The position numbers and the translations under genes are program-made. Below, in pieces: positions 38,148 to 49,100 of a stretch of DNA of 64,000 nucleotides; within the stretch, counting starts at the first letter, position 1; every line of letters begins with the position of its first letter. Source of the stretch: Selaginella moellendorffii (Eukaryota > Plantae > Lycopodiophyta). A model generated the notes under the pieces. It saw only the letters and a list, made by a program, of their open reading frames with translations, was not told where the DNA came from and did not search any database. Location: contig NW_003314266.1 of assembly GCF_000143415.4 (NCBI RefSeq), forward strand, positions 3,480,398 through 3,544,397, in the 5' to 3' direction.

Positions 38148-40250
38148 GATGCCCAAGCGCAAGATGAGAGCCATCCCCCCAAGACGCCTCAGGTATGTCT
38201 GCCACAACTTGCCCAAGCTTCCGACCAAGGCAGTCAAGGCATGGCTGGTTGAGCAGGGGTTTGGCCAGCGCCTCGAGATCTTCAAAACCCCATTCGATCA
38301 CCACCTCGCCCGCAAGCTCGCCAAGAAGTATGACGAGAGCAGCAACACGATCTCGGACGACGTCAACACCATTGCCATCACGCCAGCCCTGCTCAGCAAA
38401 GTTTTCAAGGTCCCTCGAAAAGGACTCAACAAGTTCCCCAAAGAGGTTCCCAAGGTCATCCTCAAGCCAGGCGCATCCCCAACCACAGAAGGGCCCAAGT
38501 GGGAGGATGTTCTCTCTGAACACCAGGAGAAGCTGCGCGCCCTGCTCCTCCTCTACAACCTCTGCCCCACTGACAAATCTATCAGCAAACTTACCACCCA
38601 AGCCTATCACGCCATGGACCGAGGAGAGCGAGTCAACGTCGCCAGCCACCTGAACACTATGCTGGCGAAGCAATTGAAGAAAATCAACGAGAAACCTACA
38701 AGAGGCCAAACCATCTCCACCGTGATCTTCCAGATGCTCATCGCTTTGCACGCCGCCCACCCCGACAAGCAGCCCTGGTCTACCAGTTCCTCGACTGAAA
38801 ACAGCCAGGCTGAGGACGAAGACTCAGCATCGACCAACACCCTGCCCTCACCACCACACAAGAAGAAAGCCCAAACCTCCTCCTCGAAGCATAATCTGCC
38901 ACCCAGCCCCACCCCCAGCAAGACCAGCAGTGAAGACACCTCCTCCGACGAAGAATCTCCACCACCTCGCCGCCACAAGCTTTGTCAAACTTCTCAACGT
39001 AAGAACTACCACCACAGCATGGAGTACGTCGTCCTCACCGACGGGGACACCACGAACACCACAGAACCCTGCCACCACCAGCACCACCCAAGCCAACCCC
39101 AAGCTCGTTCACCTTCTCCAACACCAATCTTCAACAACTCAGAAGCTTTCACTGGCGACCAGCACCACGACAACAACGATTCCCATCACCCAGACAATAT
39201 CACCGCCAGCAACAGCAAGGTCTCCAGCGGGCACGTCAACTCCGGCAACGTCAAACCTCTCCATCCATCAGCAGCACCTCCGACTCTCAACACCACAGCA
39301 GAAGCCCCATTGAACTTCAGCAAAAATCCGAGCTCTTCATCAAATATTACAGCGCCTCATCTCGACCGTGTATCTTCAATGACCATAATTAAACTCGCGC
39401 CAACTCAGCACCGTCAAATCTTAACCAACTCGACAGATCAGCGCAGTCCATCTGCATCCACTCCGCATCAGCCACCTCAGCCGCAATCAACGCCCCAAAT
39501 CACGCCGGCCGACCCCATCAAGAACCCAGCTCCCGACTCAGTTTCAGCGCCCTACGGCTCGCCTTCAGCGCCTTCTCCACCAGCCCAAGCATCTCAGCCG
39601 CACCACCAATCCACCATGCCTCCACTCCAGTCCCAGGTATGCAAAGACAGAGCCTCCTCCGACCACGAAATCCGCCAAGAACACGAAGACAAGATGCAAG
39701 ATCCCGGATACCTCCATCGCAAGCTCTTCGAGGCTCTGGAGCGCCGCGCCAGTCATGACATCAGCCAGGCCATCCGAGGCCGCGTTCCCCAGGCTCAGGA
39801 CATCGCCCAGCACCTCTCCCGCGACGGCGCCTTCATCAACACCAGGAACGCAGTCCGCGCCGAGTTCTACAAGCCGCTCATCGCGGAGATCGGCAACCTC
39901 CACAACACCATTCACCACCTCCAGGGCGACATCCAGAGCATCAAGACAACGGCCGCCAGCTCTTCTCGCGCCAATAACAACCCCACTGGCCAGTAGAACT
40001 ACTGGCGAGACAAGTACCAGCACGGAGTCATCATCATCCAAGAGCACCAACAGCGCATCGAACATCTTGAAGCGCTCCTCGCCGAGTATGAGGATGATGA
40101 CAGCTCAAACCCGCCCGACAGTGAGCCCAACAATAACTTGACCCTTCCCCAGCAGCGCCGCCAACTACGACGCCTACAGCGAGCTCCGGAAGCAAACCAC
40201 CTTCCACACCAAGCAATGGACACTGATCATGGCCTCGAGGACGGAGCCTA
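38148..40250 (+). CDS. Extra 3' ORF with a plant-mobile-domain-like N-terminus and Ser/Pro-rich then coiled-coil-like C-terminus
   Basis: MPKRKMR...LARKLAKKYDESSNTI....IAITPALLSKVFKVPRKG; in frame with integrase; one internal TAG at 39994. Confidence 0.65.
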
Positions 40251-40254
40251 GATC

Positions 40255-40639
40255 AAGCAGGGGGCAGTGGAAACCTCCCCTAACACATGCACGCCCAGGA
40301 GCAGCTCCACTCACGGCTGAAAGCCAAGTTCAAACGGCTACTAGTTTATTTCTATTCTAGGCATATGCTGGAGGTTAGAACTGCCAACAGAAGAGTGGTT
40401 TTGAAAGACCCCAGCGCAGCTAGGGTTCCCCATCTCCTTTCCCATTCCATTGTACTTCAAGACTCCTGAATCGCAACCCCCCTATTTGCATTATCTTTGA
40501 CTTGAGTCTCTCTCCCCGCCGATCCACCACTTCTTTCACCCCTCTTCAGCTGGCGACCTCAGGAGATCAGGTGCCAGCTCTCAGATCTAGTTCTAGCGGT
40601 AGCAGCATTCTCATCCACCTCACATTTTCCCATTAAACA
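40255..40639 (+). repeat. PPT and 3' LTR (40268-40639)
   Basis: aagcagggggcag, then TGGAAACC...ATTAAACA. Confidence 0.98.
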
Positions 40640-41324
40640 ATATTGTTGTCTATCATCCATTGGAAAGTTGCTAAAGCATTGTTCAAACCAAATGGCATCA
40701 CCAAGAAATTATACAAACTAAACAATGTACAAAAAGTAGTATTAAGAATATCTTCTTCAACCATCGGTACTTGCCAATACCCAGAAGCAAGATCTAGCTT
40801 AGTGAACTAACAACTTCTCCCTAGACAATCCAAGAGATCAATAGTGTAAGGAAGAGGGTACACATTTGGGATCGTCACTTCATTTAACAAACAATAGTCA
40901 ATGCAAAAACAAATATTCCCATTAGGCTTTGTCACAAAATGAGGTTCACATGCCCAAGGACTCCATGACTTTCGAATAACACCCTTCTCCAACATCTCCT
41001 TAACATTTGCATACAAAATCTTGATCTCTTTAGGTGACCGACGACAAATAGAAACCTTGATTAGATGAGCATCCCCAGTTGGAATCGGATGACATGTGGT
41101 AGAAAATAGGTCAAATTCAAAAAGATCGGAATATCCTTCATGAGTTAGTCAACTGCTGCAACATAAAGACTGTCAGAGGGATTAAAAAAGGGAAGAGTGG
41201 AACAAGACAGAAACATAGGAGGAAGTAATGGGGGGATAAAACTAATAGAAGCAGACGTAAAAATAAAGCGACGAAAAGGTACAAAAATGAAAGGAAAATG
41301 AGAGTATTTTATCTTATTCTTAAG

Positions 41325-41968
41325 TGTAGTACACCTTATCTCTCTCCCCTTAAGCCAATTGGAAAAGGAGCAATTACTTGATGAGAGAGCCCTTAGTGGC
41401 TATTTTATCCCCATTTATCCCCCAAGGTTCCAAGGATCCATGGTGACAGTATATCCAAATCTCATCCCATAATCACATGCGCTACACTCACCCCCCCTTC
41501 AGAGATGTCAATGTCCTCATTGACTATTGATTAACCAGCACTTCCATTTCCACACTCAATCTCCTTCCATTGTGTAGACTAGCTATTCCATGTGAGGCAA
41601 CTAGTCATCCACCCGTACCACAGTCCCACGGTGGATACCTTCGTCCGTGGATACTCCACACAAGAGGAAGGATATACGCATGGATGTCCAATACGTACAA
41701 TTTCAAATTTAGGGGTAGAAATATACTTTGCTCAAGGGTATATTATATTTTTAAGTAGCCATTAATCAATGAGAATTGAACCCGTGCCATTTTCTCTGAT
41801 ACCAACTGTAGCGCACCTTATCTCTCTCCCCTTAAACCAATTGGAAAAAGGGCAATTGCTTGATAAGAGAGCCTTTAGTGGCTATTTTATCCCCATTTAT
41901 CCCCCAAAGTTCCAAGGATCCACAGTGACAGTATATCCAAATCTCATCCCATGATCACATGCGCTACA
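41325..41968 (-). mobile_element. TRIM (terminal-repeat retrotransposon in miniature), 644 bp
   Basis: 162-bp direct repeats 41325-41486 and 41807-41968 with TGTAGCGCA...TGCGCTACA ends; PBS tggtatcagag (tRNA-iMet) on - at about 41794-41804; PPT on - at 41487-41500; TSD ttaag/ttaaa. Confidence 0.93.
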
Positions 41969-42640
41969 TTAAACTTGCTTTATGCTCTATTTCGTTAAAG
42001 TGGGATTTATTCAGTAAAATGGGACTAAGTACAAATTTTCAAGTATTTGAAAATGACGTGAAATTATATGTTTTTTGTCCAGGGGCTAGACATATCTGGG
42101 GCATGGTGACTAGCGCGGTGACTTTATGTCCAGACTGAGTCTATCTGGTTGTATAATAAATTTCATTATCAAGGTGAACAAGCCAAATCTGAAGCTAAAG
42201 AAGAGCGATGGCATGCGCGCACCACTATTTGTTTGTTCATTGAGCGTGTGGTGAGCTTTCCAAGATGAACGTCATTCCTATTAGCCAGACATATAACTTA
42301 ATGGTGAGAACATTTAGATATTATTCAATGTTATCTTTTTCTAACGAATCTAATTGTGAAGGTGTAGCAAGAGGCATTGCTAGTCTGGAGAAGTCATTTA
42401 ACTCATTTGACCCTTAGTGTATTTTCATGAAACTAAATAACATTCATATTATTAAGGAATTTCTCTAGTACCTTTTTTTTACGACATAGAGGCTTGCATT
42501 TCTTTCAAAGGTGATTTAGTAAAAGGCCTGAGGGCACATGCCATTCTATTTCTCAGACCGGTATTAAGATATACTAGTGCAAAGGGAAAAAGGTATTTGG
42601 TGATCAAGTAAATGGCATGAGGGCACACGCCATTATAAGC

Positions 42641-42898
42641 CTAAGCGCTAGTGGACACTTCCTTTTTGGTACTCTCAGCGGTACTATCATCCTTCTCCAG
42701 GTCAGTTGTTTTGCTTTGGATTGTTGTCTCTGACGTTACTGGGGCGTTCTCGATAGTTGTTAATGTTGCCGTTTGTTCAGAAAAATGATCACCTGGAGTA
42801 TAGTACGGGGAGTTTGGAAGACTTATATATTCTACATCTTCACCTATCTCCTTCTCCGTCTCCTTTTCTGCCTCACTTACAGATTTTGTGCTTGCCAT
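42641..42898 (-). other. Short acidic Ser/Thr-rich ORF or exon inside the transposon-like unit
   Basis: MASTKSVSEAEKETEKEIGEDVEYISLPNSP...; flanked on both sides by palindrome copies. Confidence 0.35.
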
Positions 42899-43539
42899 GA
42901 GAACGCTCTTCACCCTAAAGTATGGAGTTCGTTGTGTTATAAAAGGAAACCAACACACACGCTGTAAGGGAATGATGGTACATAAAGCACGTAAGCCCAC
43001 AATATGGGTTTATATGCCATTGATATGGGCCACACACCATATTATTAGATTTATGCACGTGTGATTGGTAAATGCATATGTCACATCATCTTTGTTTTAC
43101 CTCACACACTATATCAGGCCTAATGAACCATATCACATGTGCGCACATGCTATATATATGGAGAAGTATTATGCAAGGATAGAAAAATTCAATGCATGAT
43201 TGTGGAGAGCAATGGCATGAAGCCACATGCTAAATAACATTTTAGAGAAAGAATTAAAATAGAAACATGCAAACAGTACTGAGTGGACCAAGACTTAGAA
43301 GTGCACAATTGAATGAGGTATTTCTAATAAATACTTCACTCACCTCATATAGGAATGGCTACCACTCTCAAATGGCGTATCGCCTCATGCCATCACCTCG
43401 CAATTTGTTATAACAATCCGATGAATTCATATTCGGCTTGTTCACCTTGAACTTTAAGTAAGATTTGCTAGAACAACTAAGAATTTATACTTGTTATTTG
43501 TATCATCTCACCTAGGAATGGCGTAAGGCCACATGCCAT

Positions 43540-46228
43540 CACGCCTCCTCTGATTCAGATTCGGATTGTTCACCTTGAAATAAAATACATTAGAAACTTA
43601 GTAAAGGAATATTCATGAATCTCACCTTGAACCCGGGTTATGAATGCTCTTGCTGCATCTCTTGCATGGTCTGGCAAGGTGATGGTGGCACTCTGCTTCC
43701 GCATCCAACCATGCACAACATTATCCACCAATATGCTCATGCTGGGATCCCTTGGATTCAGCACCCATCTCTTTTCTAGGCAATCCTTCGTATATCCGGA
43801 ACTTGGCTTGAACCACTCCACAGTTACATTGAAGGAGTTAGTTTCCGCGTCCTCCTCTGCATCAGTGACGCAGCGCCCCACCCATATCATTTGTTTTTTA
43901 TTACTGGGTCTGACAAGCATGACCATTCCTTTGCAGACCTGTACTGGATTGAATGCTGAATCCGGCTTCTTGTTCCTCGGCCCACAATAATGATCCTCAA
44001 CATCGTTATCTGTCACTGCATTTCCAGAGGACATTGTTCCGCTACTATTTGGTGCTCTGGGTTTTGGCCAAAAGGACTCTTCCAATTCTTCATATACAAC
44101 CGGCCCATTTTGGATAGCAGATATAATCTTCTCCCAGTATTCGAGCAAAGGCTTGCACCTCTGAAAATAAAATTCTCCACCAAACACCAACCCCCTCTTC
44201 CAGAAGGCAATATGCTGTCTAATCCCGGCCACTATACTTTCCTGGTCTTTGAGTCCATCCGGGTGCATCGGCCGTGGGGAACCCTGAGGAATCATAGGTT
44301 CCCCAGTTATGGGATCTCTCTTGAAGAGTTCAATGCCGTCCACTGGCAGCCACACTGTGTCCCATTCTCTCATCTTGTACCTCATCACTGGAGCACCGTC
44401 ACACATGTTGAAATGAAACTGAAGAGGCTTGGAGTGGCCAATCAGCGTTTCGGATCCATCCCTGATGTAGCCTCTTACAAACCCCTTAAAGTCTGGAACC
44501 TCTGTCAGAAGTGCAGCTTCAACAGTGCCTTTGATGCAATTTTGGAATTCATCGTAGAGTTGTGGGAGGGTGAGGACATTGGATCGCCGGAGGGACTCTG
44601 CCAGGTGACTGAACATGGCATCGACGTCTTCATGAGTGTGCCCAACCATGAGAAAGCCAAGTGTAACCGTTTCAAATATGCCTTTGGCAACAAGCATCGC
44701 CAAGTACGCGAAGACGTACATGTTTTTGTTCTCACTGCCAGCATTGTCTGTTTGGAGCAGAAGATGGGGTGGAAGGCCACATCGGCCGCAAGAACTTCCT
44801 TGAGATTCTGCTTCGTTTGGATGAGGCTGTGCATTCACCGGGCGACCAGCCTCGTCGGAATGGCATGAGGCCTCTCTGCTCGATGTTGTGGTCGAGCTGC
44901 CTTCTAACCAACGTCTCTCGCTCTTGAGCGCTGCAAGAATTCTTTGACAAAGCCATTTTGATAGCAGTGCACTCGTCACACTTTGAAAAGTGGGAGTACT
45001 TTCCTATACTCACATCCCTGAACCTGTTGCTCCACAATCTACTAAATCTAGATTGGCTCAGCTTCCTGTAGCCATTACTCTGGAGTTCCCGATTCACATC
45101 TTCCAATATGGCCCCCTTGGTATACATGGAAGGGAGAACTCGTTGGGTGTCTCGTGTTCCATCTTCCAAGAGGCGGGTTTTATGTGGTTGCTACTCGCTA
45201 CATGTCTCGACAAACCTCTTGAAGATTGCCTCTCCATATACAACATGACCCCTGGTTTTGTGCGTACCGTCGTTCCCATGGACTGCCTGTTGAACCCTTT
45301 GTTCCTCGAACTCAGTTTTGATTCTGTAGAATGTGGTTCGAGGGACTCCATAAATGATTCTCCATGCCTTCATGCAGACCAAACCCCTCTGGAAGACCAT
45401 GCCCCCCACCTAATGTTCTGAAGCATCAACAGATGACCGTAATGCCTCATACACAAAATTGCGAGCTGCCTTCCAGGACAATGTCTTGTATCTTGCTCTC
45501 TCCTCTTCAATAGCATCCCAATCAGCATGTTGACAGCACCTCCTCTTGCAACAAGCAACTGTCGAGACCATTCGAACCTCCATCGCCATTTTCTGCCTTT
45601 TCGGTTCATTGCTCAGATCCCTTTGGCTGCGCTTTAGGAAGGTGTACTTTCTTTTCCCATGAAGAGATGTTCTGTCATCAGTTGTAGTGGTGTTTGATTG
45701 TGAATCCTTCACATTCTCAAACACTAAGTGCCTCAATTTCCACCGCACAATGCTTCCAATAGTCAAACTGTTTTCTTCTGTGTCAACAACCTCTAAAATC
45801 GCAACTCCAATATCATCCCAGCCCAATTCTTGATTAGCAACCGCATCTCTTGGATCGACAACTGTGGCTAAGCCCTCAGCTACCACCTCCCCCTCGGGGT
45901 TGTTTAGAAACACCTTCGCCTGAATCCATGTAGCACGGTTCTTAAGATCCACGGAGGGAACATGCGTCGCACTTGCGCTGTCCCTAACATCTGCTTTCTT
46001 CTGAAGATTTTTCAAGGCAACAACAACATTTACCCCGACGACCATCTCTCCTCGTTCAATAGCGACCACATTCCCATCGAAGACAGTCTCTACTGATACA
46101 GCAGCATTGCCTTCCCCAAGCCTTTGACAGTGTATAACAAAGTTCCGATCCATAGACACAAGGGTCCCTTTTGCAACTCTCTTCCCACCATTCAAAATGT
46201 AAACCTTTTCCCCAACCCTGAAGGCCAT
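43540..46228 (-). pseudogene. Sola-like (DUF7869-type) DDE transposase
   Basis: CCKRRCC; VCMKAWRIIYGVPRTTFY; HGN; SRFSRLW...FSKCDEC; LLLQTDNAGSENKN; FLMVGHTHEDVDAMFS. Stops at about 45410 and 45191; deletion/frameshift at about 44875; probable last intron at about 43575-43626. Confidence 0.8.
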
Positions 46229-47523
46229 TCTGAAAGTGCAGAAAAGAAGTTAAGACCATACAAAAAATGATTGGAGAATGGCCTAAATCATAACATACCA
46301 AACAACCTCAATAGCATGAGGCCACATGCCATTATTCAAACATGCTATTGACACCCACATGAAATTTTGCATTCACAAAATTGGCATGAGGCCTCATGCC
46401 ATCTTGATATACACACAGCTGCAGGCAAGTAAAAACATACATGACAATACGCTAGCCATGAAATTGCAAGGGCCCAAGATGGCATGTGGCCTCATGCCAT
46501 TTCTAAATGTGGTCCTAAGCCATTCCATGGTGAACATACCAGGAAGCACAAGTGCCGAATATCAAGAGGAAGCGGTAGCCACACCAAAGACAGTGCCGCT
46601 TGCAACACCGCAACTACTCGTAGCGCCGCTCGCAACACCGCAACTGCTCGTAGCGCCGCTCGCACAAACTGCCACTCGCATAAACTGCCGCTCGCAATGG
46701 CGCTCGCAATGCCGCAACCGCTCGTAGACGCATAAACCACAGCCCACAACGCCGCTTACACAAGCAGCGCTCACTGCGCTCAGTGGAACCAAGAACACGG
46801 CACACAAAAATGATAGACCTAGGAATGAGTTCGAGAATTCAAAAATAACACACGCTTGAACGTCACATCAAATCCTCTGACAAACCAGATTTTATGATTC
46901 CTCTGACAAATTTCAAACTGAGTAGCTTCTAGACTTTGCTGTCGGAGGTTAAACTTTGTCACATCATGTCCTTGCCTCGATCCAGCTGTGCCATGTCAGT
47001 GATTCGAACTTTGCCATGCCATGTCAGCGATCCGTGCCAAGATTATTCGCCGTGTAAAGGAATAATTATGCTCTGTGTGTACGTCCATTTATGGCAATAT
47101 AAGGCCACACGCCATTCAAAGAATAATGCTAGTCGAGCATTTTTTGGTGCATTTTTGGGTTCAAAATTGCATGAGCCCACACACTATAAAGTTTACCTGT
47201 ACCAAAAATAGAAACAACTTTATTTACTTGGGAATTTAAGTGGTTGAAGCATTTTTAAACTTACAAACACATGCCCTACTTACATTCCTTTGGTTGCTTA
47301 AAATTCAAAAATATTATAAACCTTTCTTTTTGCATTTTCAATGTTTTCAATTATGGTTTTTGATTTTCGCAGGACCGGCCTAGTAATCTATTTGCATCCC
47401 GTCATGTTTATAGCTAGCTTTCGTTTGTCCCCTTCGCTAGCCTGAGATACATCTGCTCGGCATCTGCCTCTTACAGCATTTGCCCAGAAAGGGCATCTTT
47501 CTTCACACAGCATTTGCCACATG

Positions 47524-47549
47524 TTTAGGGTTTAGGGTTTAGGGTTTAG
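47524..47549 (+). repeat. Interstitial plant telomere-type repeat (TTTAGGG)3 plus a partial unit
   Basis: tttagggtttagggtttagggtttag. Confidence 0.9.
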
Positions 47550-49100
47550 CAATTCAGTAGCTTGATAAACATGCAAATACAGAACTTAATGCAAAATCCT
47601 TTGATATGTCACAATGCCCCTAGGACCATAAACACATTTAAATAAAGAGGGTCCTTTCATTTCATAACTCCTTACGTAGATCTTGGTGAAACCAGAGTTA
47701 GTGAAGTTAGTTTCTTGTGATCCCGCATCTGATTGTGATGTCCCTTTGCAGTGTCGATGGAAAGGTCAATGCACACCAAACTGTAAAATCTTGGAGCAAA
47801 ATAACGGTCGGATCTATGGCAAATGCCCCTGAAACATTGTAAGGCTCGTGTGGTCTCATGTGGTGTCCGATCGAGATGCTTCTTTGCAGGGTCATCAAGA
47901 AAGACATTGTATACCATTCTGTAAAATCTAGTTGCGATCTAACGGTTGGATCTCCAGAAAACTCAAAAAAATCTCGCGCGTGTCAAAATATTCTAGGAAT
48001 ATACTCCTATGTGCCCCTGAAAATGGCATGCAGCCCCACGCCATTCAAGAGATAATGCCAGATGACGTCGAGAATTTTTTGGTGCATTTTTTGGGTTCAA
48101 AATTGCATGAGCCCACACACTATAAAGTTTATCTTTGCCAAATAGAGAAAAGTTTATTTGTGTCATGTGAGTTAGTTACAGTCCTTTGTGCTCGGCATCT
48201 GCCTCTTGCAGCATTTGCACTGAAAGGGAATTTTTCTCCATTCAGCATTTGGCCCTGAAAATAGCATGCGCCCACATGCCATTCAAGGAATAATGCCACA
48301 GGACGCCTAGATTTTTGGGTTTAAAATGTTTAGGGTTTTTTGGGTTTTTTCAAAATATTTTGGGTCCAACGTTTTTTGGGTTTCTTTGGTTCAAAATTGC
48401 ATGAGCCCACACGCTATAATATTGATTTGAGAGAAAAATAGAAACAGATAGAATTTCTTTATTTAGCTGAACATCTGCCATTTTTGGAAATACAAGATGC
48501 TTTGGAATATCCAATCATGCATGGTATAAATATAGCGAGGGTATTAAATGATATCCCAATCATGATCTTTCTTTTGGATTTCGCGTGCATGCAGTCCGAG
48601 GAATGATGACGTTGTGGATTTCTTTTGGATTTTGCGTGCTTGCATGCGCGCGGCAATCCAGAAATTAATGGTGGCACCCAAGTCCGAGGAATGATGACGT
48701 GGCGGGATTACCAACCGTTGTGACATTTCGCGCGTGTGAGGTTAGGTTTTGCATTTTGCTTCGTACTCGCGCTCGCGCTCGCATCGTGCTCCCACTCGCG
48801 ATCACGCTCACATTCGCGCTCATCTACCGGCGTCCACTCGCGCTTGCATCACACTCGCGCTCGCATCGCGCTCGTGTGCATCGGCGTCCACTTCAAGACA
48901 CACCCAGTTTGTAACTTCGCCGCCAACTCCGCCGCCCACTCCGCCACCCACACGCAGCCCACTTGGCGTCCCGGGAGATTTCAGCGCCACTCTCCAACTG
49001 TAAGTGGTAGAGTAGCCTTGCTGCTACGATCCGCTGCACACACAGTGCACATTCGCCAGCGAGTCCGGCCTCGATTGTCACGGCCTCCATTCGGCTTCAA

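Larger units (their letters stand above)
29670..40639 (+). mobile_element. Full-length (10,970 bp) non-chromoviral Ty3/gypsy LTR retrotransposon with extra 5' and 3' ORFs
   Basis: 372-bp LTRs, TG...CA termini, TSD atatt (29665-29669 and 40640-40644), PBS, PPT, gag-PR-RT-RH-IN order. Confidence 0.98.
28800..41280 (-). mobile_element. Old degenerate Ty3/gypsy element (host of the 29670-40639 insertion)
   Basis: RT: MLEKGVIRKSWSPWA...[33 protein letters not shown] (40645-41016), resuming at 29669 to FPTPKCVNDVQRFLG; weak integrase remnants to about 28800. Confidence 0.85.

Noticed and set aside
35022-38760. Minus-strand ORFs within the retrotransposon
   Set aside because: Antisense shadows caused by strong codon and strand bias of pol.
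43990-44868. 292-aa + strand ORF
   Set aside because: Antisense shadow of the transposase.
47524-47549. Chromosome end
   Set aside because: Only about 3.7 units, with ordinary sequence on both sides.
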